Below, piece after piece: positions 1 through 10,800 of a DNA stretch of 64,000 bases. Source of the stretch: a virus. Within the stretch, counting starts at the first letter, position 1, and the number at the start of each line of letters is the position of its first letter. The position numbers and the translations under genes were made by a program. Below the pieces are notes generated by a model, which saw only the letters and a list, made by a program, of their open reading frames with translations, was not told the origin of the DNA and did no database searches. The stretch lies in the UHGV virus genome UHGV-0084588; one strand, written 5' to 3'.

Positions 1-3000
1 TTTGTCCGTCTTGCGAATAAAGGAAAACTTGACCGGAGCGTTGTTTAAGTTCACCATTAAAAGCTGTGGGTGAGAGATTAATGGCGTTACTGGCCACTTT
101 TTCCCTGAACGTCATCATTCTCGCTTCCGAACTAACGAACCTTATGACCCCGTTGGTTATAGTCGGTTTTACCTGAAAGAAGTAAAAAGCAAACTTATTT
201 ACCCCGTCAGTGTCTTTATAGATAAGACTCACTATCGCGATACAAAGCGGACCACCAGACATCGTTTGACCAAGCACCCAAAAGGACAAACTGTAGTTGT
301 TCTTTTTGGTCTTAGCTACGCTAATCCGCTCATAGGCGTTGCCGTTAGAAGCCCCAGAGAACTGGCTGGACTGAACAATATTAGTCAACTTCGCCCATTC
401 TGCCGCATCGATAGACAACCGATCACTAGCCACCGTAGTGGTACCGTAAACAACTTTACATGGTTTACTTTCAGCACCGATAAAGTAAGCCCCATCTAGT
501 AGACCTTTCGGTATGTCTGGCGTAACAACCAGCGGTATATTTGTCAATACGCCGTATTCGTTCGCTTTTTTTTCAACACGGCGGGATGTTGGTCCAAACC
601 CGCCGTATCCAGGATAACCATAAGTCGTATCTTTATCATATTCGGCTTCAATGAAATAAGCCGTTTTTTGATGTTTAAGCCATACTTTGTTTGTTCCTGG
701 GAAGAACAATGGGAAGGTCATAGACGGTTTCCACACCGAACCCACCACAGGGTTTATCCGATTTTCAAACGTAGATTGCCCCTCATACCCCGCACTCAAC
801 TTAACATAGTCCAGATAACTAACTCCTTCTGGGAGTTTCTGGTAATGGAGAGATGGTGCAAGTTGTTTTTCTGTCGAACAGCAGCAAGAATAAACCATAT
901 CACCGACACAGATTCTATTGTCGGCCATATAGCCAGAACTTCGAGTAGCCCATTTCCATTTCAGCTCTATTTTTGTTCCGTCTTTTAAGTAGCAACCTGT
1001 AGTATCGATTTTGATTGGGAAGATGTTAGTTGTCTCTAACCCAACCTCCCCGGTTAATAGGTCGAGACGATAAGCACCATTCCATGGCCCGAATGTGGTA
1101 CCTTTCGTTGAAGAAAAACCAAGACAAACGCCAGACACGCCGACGGTTAACAAGTGACCGTCCTTAACAACGGGCGTTATCCATCTTGACACCCCTCTAG
1201 TTAATTGTAAATTCACTGTCCACAACGCTTTGCCTTCCGCAGTGAAGTAGGCAAGACGCTTCGTATTCGGATTATCTACATCGAACGCGCCAGGTTCAAC
1301 CAAATCGGCACACTTACCGATTTTTCGTGTAGAGCTTAAATCAACCTGTTCAAACCGATCGGTTTTATTAAGCCGCAATAACCCAACACGGAACATAGGT
1401 TGCGGAGTATCCTTAATGTAGTCCACCAGACTATTGTTTTTCAGATCGGCCATTAGCATCGTACGCAAAACATAAACGCCATTATCGGCTATGACCACAC
1501 GATCCATGAACATATTCGGCACAAATTCCCATGTTGTTTCTGAAACAAATTCTGAGAAAGTTACCAACCTGACATCGGTATGTTTGGTGTAATCCATTGA
1601 ACCGTTCAGTTTAACTAAATAATAATTATCGTCGCTGCCCTTCGCTATAAATGCTTCGGTACCAGTAACGGTAATTTCTTTTAGTTCCACCCCCGGATAA
1701 TTCGTCTCTAACCCTTTCGGCTTATAACGGAAAGTTGTTTTGTAAATTTCACCGAGACTTTTGTCGTTTTTTAACCCAGCAACAGCGTAATAAATACCCT
1801 CAGTTCCCGGAAGGGCAGATTTAGAACTAATTAAAGCATAAAGCTTACCTTGTTGTACCCCTATAACCATCTGGAGCGCATCCATGTTTTTACCATAACC
1901 TTCGTAATTACCCATCGACAAGATCGGCAATATCGAATTGTTGGTATATTTGCTCCCGGCCGTTGTCCATGCGGGCAAGAGGGTATTCAGTTTATCAGAG
2001 ACCTTCTTAATCTCTTTTGCGAACAACCACCCTTGGCGTGATGTGACGGCTTTATCATTCGTGGTATCAATCGCATCCCACAGCTGTAAGATACCGTCCA
2101 CTGTTGCGCTACCGATCGGGACATTATCCAAATCAGCGGTAGTGTGCGTGTGTACCTTCAAACTTTTATTTTTCAGCACGTTCGCTAATGCTTTTGTTAC
2201 CGGTTTAGCGATGGGTGTGGTGTTATTCATCTTATCGATACCGAAATCGGCCTTCGTTAAGGTTAACACCATGTTGTCGCCTGTCTTAACAAACCCTTTA
2301 CCGTTAACCGTGTAGTCGTCGTCAACGTACAAGTCCAACCGGTCTTTTAATTCGGTCACAGCCTTTTGGGAAATAGCAGTGCCTAGCGCTACAGAGGTTG
2401 CGATATTCGTAATCGAAAACACCCCATAAACCGACTCGGTTGCTGTGGGAATATTCGCATTCAACGTTAGTGGGTTAGACTGCTTCGCTGTACCGTACGG
2501 TTTTACGGTGTCAGACGATTTGAAATAGGCGTTCGCTTCAAGTAACGTTACAGACGTCAGGTACATGTTCACCATTTCTGGTGTAACCAAATACACAGAG
2601 TTATAGACCGGTGCTAATACATCCTGTTCTGACCCAGAATGTACCCAAAGCGTATTCAGCCCCGCACTAAACTCAACCGCCAAACCGGATTCGTTGTTGT
2701 CTTGGTCTGCTTTAATCACTAACGGTTGTGGTGAAGTAATTAACCACTTATCACCACGGATGCTGATGATGTGTCCACCCGGTGTTTTAAACGTTAGTTC
2801 ATTACCGTTCGTGGTACCCCAACGACCGTAAACGGTACCGAGGGCTTCGCCCATTAACTGTTCAACGTCTGATTGCTCAATGCCCGCCGAACCCATCAGC
2901 GTAGCCAGTTGGTCAATTGTCAACCCAAACGCTTTTGTAGCGTCAACAGCACGTCCTAAAACCGGAAGGGCCCCAACGTCATTGGTCGTATACTGGTGAG

Positions 3001-3601
3001 CGTTAGGATTAAGGTGGTGTTGGTATAGTTCTTCATCGAAAATCTTTTTACCGTTCTCGTAAATCAGGTTAGTGACTTCGGTGAAGGCCGCATCTAACTC
3101 TGTTGAACGCTGAATGATTTTCTTGCGGATATCGTTCAACGCTTTAACGACCTCGTCCCTCAGAATCGCTTCTTCTAAGTTAGCAGGGGGGTCGATTGGT
3201 TGAATAACCGGCGCGTACGCCATTAACTCCGACCAGTCCACGTTACGTGGGTCTTTCAGGTCAGTACGAACTAAGAACTTCCCGATTTCAGATTGCGGTA
3301 CACGGTATTGACGTGCTACCCCTAAAATCTCATATTCGATTTCTGTTGCAGTAAGCAACATAAACCCGCCATAAATCTGATCTTGTTCAGCTTCTGCGAG
3401 TTCTTTAAAGTAATAGCCTAAATAGTAGTCCAACCCCTCAATCAGAGTACGACGTCCGTTAGGCGCGGTATCGTCGGCTACTGTGAGTTTTAATCCGATA
3501 CGATAAAAAGGTCCTTCAGGCGGAATGACCACGTTAAATCGGTTAGGGTACGTCGTTGTGCTTAGCGTACCGTTAAACTGCGCCGCGTCTTCTCTCGGCA
3601 T
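1..3601 (-). CDS. Large tail fiber-like / tail structural protein, C-terminus cut by window start (>=1200 aa)
   Basis: Manual reverse-strand translation from ATG at 3601..3599 (GGAG about 8 nt upstream) stays open to position 1; absent from the ORF track only because the stop lies outside the window. Contains KVHTHT motif; no enzymatic motif recognised. Confidence 0.55.
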   Translation of the reverse strand, partial: MPREDAAQFNGTLSTTTYPNRFNVVIPPEGPFYRIGLKLTVADDTAPNGRRTLIEGLDYYLGYYFKELAEAEQDQIYGGFMLLTATEIEYEILGVARQYRVPQSEIGKFLVRTDLKDPRNVDWSELMAYAPVIQPIDPPANLEEAILRDEVVKALNDIRKKIIQRSTELDAAFTEVTNLIYENGKKIFDEELYQHHLNPNAHQYTTNDVGALPVLGRAVDATKAFGLTIDQLATLMGSAGIEQSDVEQLMGEALGTVYGRWGTTNGNELTFKTPGGHIISIRGDKWLITSPQPLVIKADQDNNESGLAVEFSAGLNTLWVHSGSEQDVLAPVYNSVYLVTPEMVNMYLTSVTLLEANAYFKSSDTVKPYGTAKQSNPLTLNANIPTATESVYGVFSITNIATSVALGTAISQKAVTELKDRLDLYVDDDYTVNGKGFVKTGDNMVLTLTKADFGIDKMNNTTPIAKPVTKALANVLKNKSLKVHTHTTADLDNVPIGSATVDGILQLWDAIDTTNDKAVTSRQGWLFAKEIKKVSDKLNTLLPAWTTAGSKYTNNSILPILSMGNYEGYGKNMDALQMVIGVQQGKLYALISSKSALPGTEGIYYAVAGLKNDKSLGEIYKTTFRYKPKGLETNYPGVELKEITVTGTEAFIAKGSDDNYYLVKLNGSMDYTKHTDVRLVTFSEFVSETTWEFVPNMFMDRVVIADNGVYVLRTMLMADLKNNSLVDYIKDTPQPMFRVGLLRLNKTDRFEQVDLSSTRKIGKCADLVEPGAFDVDNPNTKRLAYFTAEGKALWTVNLQLTRGVSRWITPVVKDGHLLTVGVSGVCLGFSSTKGTTFGPWNGAYRLDLLTGEVGLETTNIFPIKIDTTGCYLKDGTKIELKWKWATRSSGYMADNRICVGDMVYSCCCSTEKQLAPSLHYQKLPEGVSYLDYVKLSAGYEGQSTFENRINPVVGSVWKPSMTFPLFFPGTNKVWLKHQKTAYFIEAEYDKDTTYGYPGYGGFGPTSRRVEKKANEYGVLTNIPLVVTPDIPKGLLDGAYFIGAESKPCKVVYGTTTVASDRLSIDAAEWAKLTNIVQSSQFSGASNGNAYERISVAKTKKNNYSLSFWVLGQTMSGGPLCIAIVSLIYKDTDGVNKFAFYFFQVKPTITNGVIRFVSSEARMMTFREKVASNAINLSPTAFNGELKQRSGQVFLYSQDGQ

Positions 3602-3634
3602 CGTAAAGACTCCTACTTTTAAATAAAATGGATA

Positions 3635-3657
3635 CCCCTCCCCATTACAGGGAGGGG
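3635..3657 (-). terminator. Intrinsic terminator downstream of the 1393-aa fiber gene
   Basis: CCCCTCCC/GGGAGGGG 8-bp stem, loop CATTACA, U-rich tract on the minus strand. Confidence 0.5.
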
Positions 3658-3695
3658 TTACCTACGGACACACAACTGCCCGCAGGCAGTCTGTC

Positions 3696-6600
3696 CTAAG
3701 TACGATCCCCTAACTGCTTCCCGTTAAGTTCTCGTTTCAGTACAGCCAGAATCCACTTCCACGCTTTACTCGTGATGTGGTACGGGTTGCGTTTCTCCAT
3801 TAAGAACTGACTTTCGCCGCTACGGAGTTCGAAACTCTGTGCATTGAGTTGATCTTGACGGACGCTTTTCTCGTCAGTGACATCTAACGAACAAGCGAAG
3901 TTAAGTTCATAACCTTCTGGATTATTGCCGGGTGGTTCTAAGACAATATAAATGTCCTGACCTACACGTAAGTCCTTTGGCGTAAGAGTAATCGCTTTAC
4001 CTGTATCAGAGGCGGTCGAAAGCGCAAAAGATACGCTATCAATAGCCGATACATACGGGTCCTTCCCGGCATCACCGATAATCACTTTACCCGGCCAGTT
4101 AGACTTCACCGTCCCGGCCACTTTTGCAACGCGATACTGCTGTTTATCAGCACCTTGTGCAAAGCGTAAAATGAGTTTATGGCGATAACGACTCGCAGCA
4201 GCTTTAGTCGTGCTCCACTCATTATTCCAGGAAGCGTTGAGTTCACCTTTCTTGGCCATCAAGGCACCACGAGACAGCTTACGGTCAAAGAACTGCGCAG
4301 GCAACTGACCGTCATGGGAAACAGCAACACTTCCCTGTCCGGTTGGCAGCGCGATGCTTTCTGTAACGCGGTATTTTTGACTAACCTCATAAGTCGCAGG
4401 GTCAATCACAGACTGACTAAAATCAACGTCTTTGGTATCAGCCAAATACCCAACGGACGAATCCAGATACGATTCGAACAACGAACGTAAGTAATGGTAC
4501 TTATCAATGTCGACGTTACTCGTAGCCGGATCAATCAGCGCGTGACTAATCGTTACACGGCATTTCGCAGACAGTTCTTTAAACGACAATCCCACACCGT
4601 CGCCAGTGAAATAATCCACTAAATCGAACGGGAATTGAATCTCCAGCTGTCGATGTTTAACTGTTGTCGTTCCGAACTGTGAGAACGTCAGTGCTAAACG
4701 TAATACCCGACTGTTTACGTTGTAACGATAGCGAATCATGCCACGAGGTGCATGGTTTGCAGAAATTTTATCTCGACCGGCACCCCAACCTATCAAGTCG
4801 AGCGTCGCCGCGTTGGTTTCCTCACCGTTGAACAACACATCCTTAAACGTTGCGGCCACTGCCGTTTCCCCAGACTCCTCCATCACTAACGGAATATCCG
4901 TAACAGCAGAATCTGAACGGGAACCAATCCCCAACTTACAGGTTTTGGTAGTTAGGTCAATGCGCAGATAGCGACGTTTAACGCTGCTACCTTGCGTTGA
5001 CGTGCATAGAACCAAATCCGGCGCAGCAGCAAGGGCTTGCGTTCCACCAACATCGTCAACATCGAACGCAAACGAGCCTTCGAATGTCGGTGCGTTGTTT
5101 TCTTTCGGGTTAAATGGTGTAAACCAACAATACGGCGTAGCACCTTCAGGTATCACAACGTATTGAAGACTCGACTTCACGTTTTGGTTGTGTGCGTAGG
5201 TATAAAGGCCGCGACTGACAAGATGGAAAACATCCCCTGTAGCGGTTGCTAACGGTTTCCTAAAGATACACGCTCTTGGTTCAGCAATAGCACGGTTTAA
5301 TAACGGCAGCCGTGGGTTATCCGTTAACGCCCAGTCAACAGCGCTGAGTCCGTGTGCCTTACGAGTGCTGATGTGCTCGCTAACTTCCGCACTTTTCCCG
5401 AAATCAAACGTGGTTTCAAACCCCACAGTTTTATTCGCGTAAGACTGACCAGGAACGATATCAACATATCCGATATAACCGCGCTCTGGGTCAACGGCAA
5501 TACTCTGAATCGGTTCAGCACGCGAATACAGAGAGCCTGTGAGCATGTTAACGTATAAATAGTGACGAACCCCTACGTGCGTTGTAACAAACTCCTGGAG
5601 AAGCTCTACGCGCGTTTCAGGACCACTGAAATAAACGGGGTAATCACCATCGTAAACTTCGAACTGTACCGCTGCGGATTTAGTCGTGTCGCTACACTCG
5701 GCTTTAACCGCCACTGTGTAATTTTCAACGTCTGCTGACGTTTCATACACCGCGACGAGTGGAGACTCGCCTGAAGCGGCCTGGATACCGTTAATGTAAA
5801 CCGTAACCTGACCACCCCCAGCAGCATAAACCCAGAGCTTCGGTTGGTATGCTTTTACACGCGTTTTTGCCAATACAGTAATAACTGACTGGTCACCCAT
5901 CTGTGTAGCAGTCTTACCTACCGGGACAGACTGGAACCCCATCAATGGCGGTTCTTCAATACCCGTCCAGTTGATCCCCGTACCGTTACTCACCTTACCC
6001 GTAGCCCAAGTCAGCTCAAGTTGGTTATTCGGTGAGAACCAGTTAAACATCGGGGTGGTTTGCAGGTCAATCGCACCGGTAACGGTACTGTCACCTTTCG
6101 TGCCGTCCAGCAAATAGAAATATTTCAAATCCTGAACGGAGATTGCCGTACCCTGGCTATTAAATCGCCAGTCTGCGCCTTTTACAGCAGCGAAATCCGT
6201 GACTGTTCCTTCTTTCGCATTTGCAATTGCCGCAGCGACCACACTTAAACGTGCCGAAAGCTCTTTTAAGATGTTCGGTACCACTGCACGGTTTTCAACC
6301 AAACCGTTCTGGTTAGTTGCATAACGACCAATACCGTAAACAGATTGAGAAGCTTTATAAATGCCTAACTCCGACCAATCGTGATGATGGCCTACATCTG
6401 CTAGACCGCTAACCGCCTTAGTTAACTCGGTTGACAACGGTTTGTCAAGGTCTGCGGTGTTATCCGCTTGCCCTAACCCCAGGTCAGCTTTCGTGATTGT
6501 CCTGGAGCCGTCATTCATTGGCTTACCGTTAATCATGGTCGTTTTAGCCACATACCCTGATAGGTCGGTCGAATAAGGTGTTAATGACGCTGGCGTTGCT

Positions 6601-7877
6601 GCAACCCCAACCGTTTCTGTACCTTTACCAGTTTTAAGCTTAACAACACCTTTTTCAGCGGTTGTCGCTTTCGTCGGGTCGATAGTACCCACGATAGGAT
6701 CGGTCCGAGAGCCTTTACCGGTGAAGCTAATCCCATTACGGCCTTCGATGTACACCTTCGAGTCATCAGGGTCACCGCCGCCGCTCCCGCCAGCATCAGG
6801 ATCTTGTTGGTATTCCATCAACGCCGTGGTAGTCAGTAACGGGTTACCATTCAGGGTGAGTTTGTTCATCCCTAAAGCATCGCCGGTTGACTCGATACGT
6901 AAGGTGTTTTTACCAGCACGCCAGTTAATGTAACGTCCTGCACCCGTTCCCTCCAGATGCCCTACCGCCAACACCACAGAACCGTTGGATTTTAACGTAA
7001 AGCCATCATTCGCAAAAATGATTTCTGACTCACCGTTTTTTGAGCGGAATTGTGCACGGTTTCCTGACACCGTACAGTTAAACACACCCCGTACTTCTGA
7101 AGAAATCCAGTGGGAGATATACGTGTCAATAACTGACTGTGGTAAACGAAACGCTTTCAGTTCATCCGTCAGTGCTTTCAACTTTAACCCGTACGCCATA
7201 AAGGTGTCGGGTGTTTTCAAGTTAACAGGATGTGCGCTAATCTGTGCAGAAGTAGTTTGGTGCGGGTTGGTTTCCGCGATGTGTGCCGGGTAGTTAAATG
7301 CTTCGATTTCTTTACCCAGAGCGGTGACTAACGCTTTAACTTCGGCTAATTTATCTTTAATTAGTTGGTTAGCGTCGTCGGTTTTCAATTCAACATCGTG
7401 GACCGCTGACGCTAAATATTTTTTGTTCAGCAAATCCGCCCAGGACGTTGCCGCAGGCGTAGCCGGGTATAACGACGGTCTGCCTTCTAATAACAGCCAA
7501 TCAGCGCTGACTGGGTTATTCAAATATTTCACCAGCTCATCGAGAATGTCAACAAACGGGTCGTAGAACGTACCACCGAGCATTTGTCCTTCAAAGGTTA
7601 CGATGCCCTTGATGGATGGGTTGATAAGGTGTACCCCACAATACACGTTGGCTGCTACCGAGTCATCCAGTTCTGTCAGTTGGTATTGCAGTTCGTAGTC
7701 CACCCCACGACTCAGTGGGGTGGTTGAACCTGGTTGTCTGACGACTAAATCTTCAAAGAACGGGCGATGGTCTAAAATCACCACCCGATCGTTGTTGTTT
7801 TCTGACCCGATGATACGCTCCTCTAAGAAGTGATTCTCGGTTTTCGTCCCCCGAGGATCGTAAGGATACGCTTTCAT
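3696..7877 (-). CDS. Tail fiber-like protein (about 1393 aa)
   Basis: Track ORF 3696..7880; the first M is TTG, ATG is at 7877 with AAGGAG upstream. Gly/Ser/Thr-rich, GGSGGGDPDD linker, HHH motif (VGHHHDW). Lies 13 nt downstream of the 1440-aa gene, so probably co-transcribed. Confidence 0.6.
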   Translation of the reverse strand: MKAYPYDPRGTKTENHFLEERIIGSENNNDRVVILDHRPFFEDLVVRQPGSTTPLSRGVDYELQYQLTELDDSVAANVYCGVHLINPSIKGIVTFEGQMLGGTFYDPFVDILDELVKYLNNPVSADWLLLEGRPSLYPATPAATSWADLLNKKYLASAVHDVELKTDDANQLIKDKLAEVKALVTALGKEIEAFNYPAHIAETNPHQTTSAQISAHPVNLKTPDTFMAYGLKLKALTDELKAFRLPQSVIDTYISHWISSEVRGVFNCTVSGNRAQFRSKNGESEIIFANDGFTLKSNGSVVLAVGHLEGTGAGRYINWRAGKNTLRIESTGDALGMNKLTLNGNPLLTTTALMEYQQDPDAGGSGGGDPDDSKVYIEGRNGISFTGKGSRTDPIVGTIDPTKATTAEKGVVKLKTGKGTETVGVAATPASLTPYSTDLSGYVAKTTMINGKPMNDGSRTITKADLGLGQADNTADLDKPLSTELTKAVSGLADVGHHHDWSELGIYKASQSVYGIGRYATNQNGLVENRAVVPNILKELSARLSVVAAAIANAKEGTVTDFAAVKGADWRFNSQGTAISVQDLKYFYLLDGTKGDSTVTGAIDLQTTPMFNWFSPNNQLELTWATGKVSNGTGINWTGIEEPPLMGFQSVPVGKTATQMGDQSVITVLAKTRVKAYQPKLWVYAAGGGQVTVYINGIQAASGESPLVAVYETSADVENYTVAVKAECSDTTKSAAVQFEVYDGDYPVYFSGPETRVELLQEFVTTHVGVRHYLYVNMLTGSLYSRAEPIQSIAVDPERGYIGYVDIVPGQSYANKTVGFETTFDFGKSAEVSEHISTRKAHGLSAVDWALTDNPRLPLLNRAIAEPRACIFRKPLATATGDVFHLVSRGLYTYAHNQNVKSSLQYVVIPEGATPYCWFTPFNPKENNAPTFEGSFAFDVDDVGGTQALAAAPDLVLCTSTQGSSVKRRYLRIDLTTKTCKLGIGSRSDSAVTDIPLVMEESGETAVAATFKDVLFNGEETNAATLDLIGWGAGRDKISANHAPRGMIRYRYNVNSRVLRLALTFSQFGTTTVKHRQLEIQFPFDLVDYFTGDGVGLSFKELSAKCRVTISHALIDPATSNVDIDKYHYLRSLFESYLDSSVGYLADTKDVDFSQSVIDPATYEVSQKYRVTESIALPTGQGSVAVSHDGQLPAQFFDRKLSRGALMAKKGELNASWNNEWSTTKAAASRYRHKLILRFAQGADKQQYRVAKVAGTVKSNWPGKVIIGDAGKDPYVSAIDSVSFALSTASDTGKAITLTPKDLRVGQDIYIVLEPPGNNPEGYELNFACSLDVTDEKSVRQDQLNAQSFELRSGESQFLMEKRNPYHITSKAWKWILAVLKRELNGKQLGDRT

Positions 7878-7890
7878 CAAAAAATTCTCC

Positions 7891-10800
7891 TTAATCGCGA
7901 ATGATTACCGCCTGCACTTTATTGTTGGTGTCGATAAACGACATTACGCGCTCCTTGTTAAGATAAGGAGGTATCGGTAACGCAGCGTAATCCGCCAGGC
8001 TGTTATTAAATTCAGTTGCCACTAACGCATTAAGCGTTTCGGGGTCTGAGCTGACACCGGCCAATTCCATGACGCGTACTCGATTTAATGAGGAATAGTT
8101 GCTAATATAGTCCAACAACGTACCGTAGACTTTATTCGCAGTTGCGCTGTCTGCTGTAGAGCGGATGTTGGCACGAACCTCATCCTCATAAAGTCCCCCT
8201 AAACCGTAGTAAATAGGGGTATACGGATCATTAACAATAGGTTCGATATTGAACCCGGTTAAACGGTCGACTAATGGGATTTTCTGCGTAGTTCCCCCTG
8301 CTGCCGTACAGCTTACGTATTTATCTGTCGTGGATAAAAACACCACGATAGTATACACAGTGCCAGCTAAAGTCAGCGATGCATTAAACGTTATTGCGTT
8401 GTTTGCACCACGGGTGTGGGTAAACGTTACGTCAGGTTGTAATGAACTCCACGGTGCAGCTGTAACACGCTTCGTTGGTGTGAAACCTACCACTACCGAT
8501 TTCCCGCTACCGAAGTTCAAACCGAACCCTGCGTAACAATATTCACCGTTACTGTCAGTTAAACGATAACCGCGAGTGATGAGTAATGACAACCGCATAA
8601 ACTCGCCGTCGGTGTTCTTCCAACAACCTAAAACAGTTTCTAACACTGTTCCGGTTTTTGCGTTGCTTTCTGTTTCCCAACTTACCCGCATTCCTGCGTT
8701 TTTGAAAGTCGGGAATAAGTTGTGAATAAAACCATGAAGGTTATCACTTACCCCTTTCGCATCGAAAACCCACTTTGATGCGAGCTGGTCGTATTTCACC
8801 CCGTCTAAGGCTCTATACTGTCCACCGACGACATAACGCCAATCTGCTTCACCACGTACTACTGCCTGGAGTCCCGAAGCCCAGCAGGGCGCACCTACCG
8901 TTAAGTTAGCTAACCCAAGCACTGCACGTGTCGTGGAGCGGTGAATATGCGCGTTATCGTCAGCAGCGTGATCTTTCAGTTCACGGAAATCGTCCAGCCG
9001 TGTGACGTTACGCATCTCTGTAACGAACACTTCAGAAAGGTCATTGACGCCGATTAATCCCACACGCGTCATGGTATCCGTTTCAGCCTGACTGTAGCTG
9101 TCGTGAATAATGTACTTCGCTTTGTTGTCAACAATATCAACAAAAATCCCCGCGTAGATTTCTGTATTCAACTTCGGAAAACGTTCACTGACGTTAATCG
9201 TCGTCAACGGCACGGTGTATGTTTCGCCACCGATAAAATACGTTGATGCTGGAAGTGTAACCAGTATTTTGTCTTTGACCGTAACATCAATTAAGTCGTT
9301 ACCAGACTTACCAAAACGTATAATGTCGAGACGTGCCTCCGAGTCAACACCCCCGACAGCACTTTCCAATTTTTCAATCTGGGTAGTCTGCGCCATTACC
9401 ACACTGCCATCGAGTGCTAAAGTCGCGTCGTCCACATCCAGACCAAATTTAATCAAGCCACGTTTCGCGGTGGTTGCGTTCCCGGTACCAAATGCGGTAA
9501 ATGGGTGGTGGTGTACTTTAGGCGAATATTTATCTAACTCCGCCTGCTGTGCTGTGGAGATCGGCAAATCGACATCGGGTGTATTCGCAACGTTACCCAA
9601 ACCAAAGGTAATTTTGTCGATAGTAACTGAGCTGGTAAGTTGCATGTCGTTAATGTACGATTTAGCTGCAACTAGTTTACCGGTAAACTCAGCGTCCAGT
9701 TTTTCAATCAATGCGGGGGTTGCTGCGAGATTTTCAGCCGTACCGAATTCGTCCGTTAACTGCCAACACGCTAACGTAGTAACGTCTTCGGCAACCGGAA
9801 GAATAAACGTTGCTACGAATGGCGATGCTTTAATCCCACTACCGGTAAGTTCCACCGTAGCTGTAGATGCACCGTAGAATAATCCCGTACCACCTGCAGT
9901 ATTGCCCGGCAAATACGGCGCTACCGTGGTGGGGTCTAAGAGCTTCTTACCACGCCACAGTAATCCTCGGTCATCGGGATATAGCACAAGCTGGTTGTCG
10001 CCCGCTTGCAACGTTACCGGGTTGTTACCCACGTTAACATCAGTAGAACCTTGGCCGATGAACTTAATGGATTTCGGGTCAACGACAAACTGGGCACCTA
10101 AACGGGTCCCGTCAACGACATCGGGCGCTTTCTTAATGGTAACCGTGTTACCTTTATTCCCCGAGCTAATAGTGACGTTGTCAGCAACATTACCGATCAA
10201 TGATTTAAAGTGGTGGCTATTCTCCAATGCTTCTAGTGCAGCGTCCATGTTAGTGAAGTTAACACGTGCACTATATGTCTTGCCGTTTATGGTAATAACG
10301 ACATCAAACACGTTCCCTGTGCGTTTCAGTTGAAAACGCAGCGTAAAATCCCCATCCGGTATTGCTGGATTAGGAGCTTGGGAAAGATACTGAACTTCCG
10401 GTGTGGGATTCGAAAAACCGTTCAGTTCCAACTTAACGCCGACTTTACCCGCAGAAATTTCACCTGTAAGCTGGATAAATTTTCCAGAGTTAGTACCAGG
10501 TTTCTGATAGAAACGTAGGCTAACCGTACCGACGGCTTCATTACCAGACGCTGTTTTACGTCCGGTAACAATAAAGTCAATATCTTGCAGGTTAGCAGGT
10601 ACCGCATTAAAAGAAGTGGTGAATCCACTCTTCGTTCCTGTGTAACGAAGCGCACCGTGATACCTGTGACCATTACTAACGTAGCTTTCGCTAAAACGAG
10701 GACTCACGTATTTCGACATTGACACCGGGTCAACTTCCGTCGTGAACGAAGTAAAACCGGGCAGCGTTCCAATAGTTCCGTTAGCCGTTTTCGTAGCTGA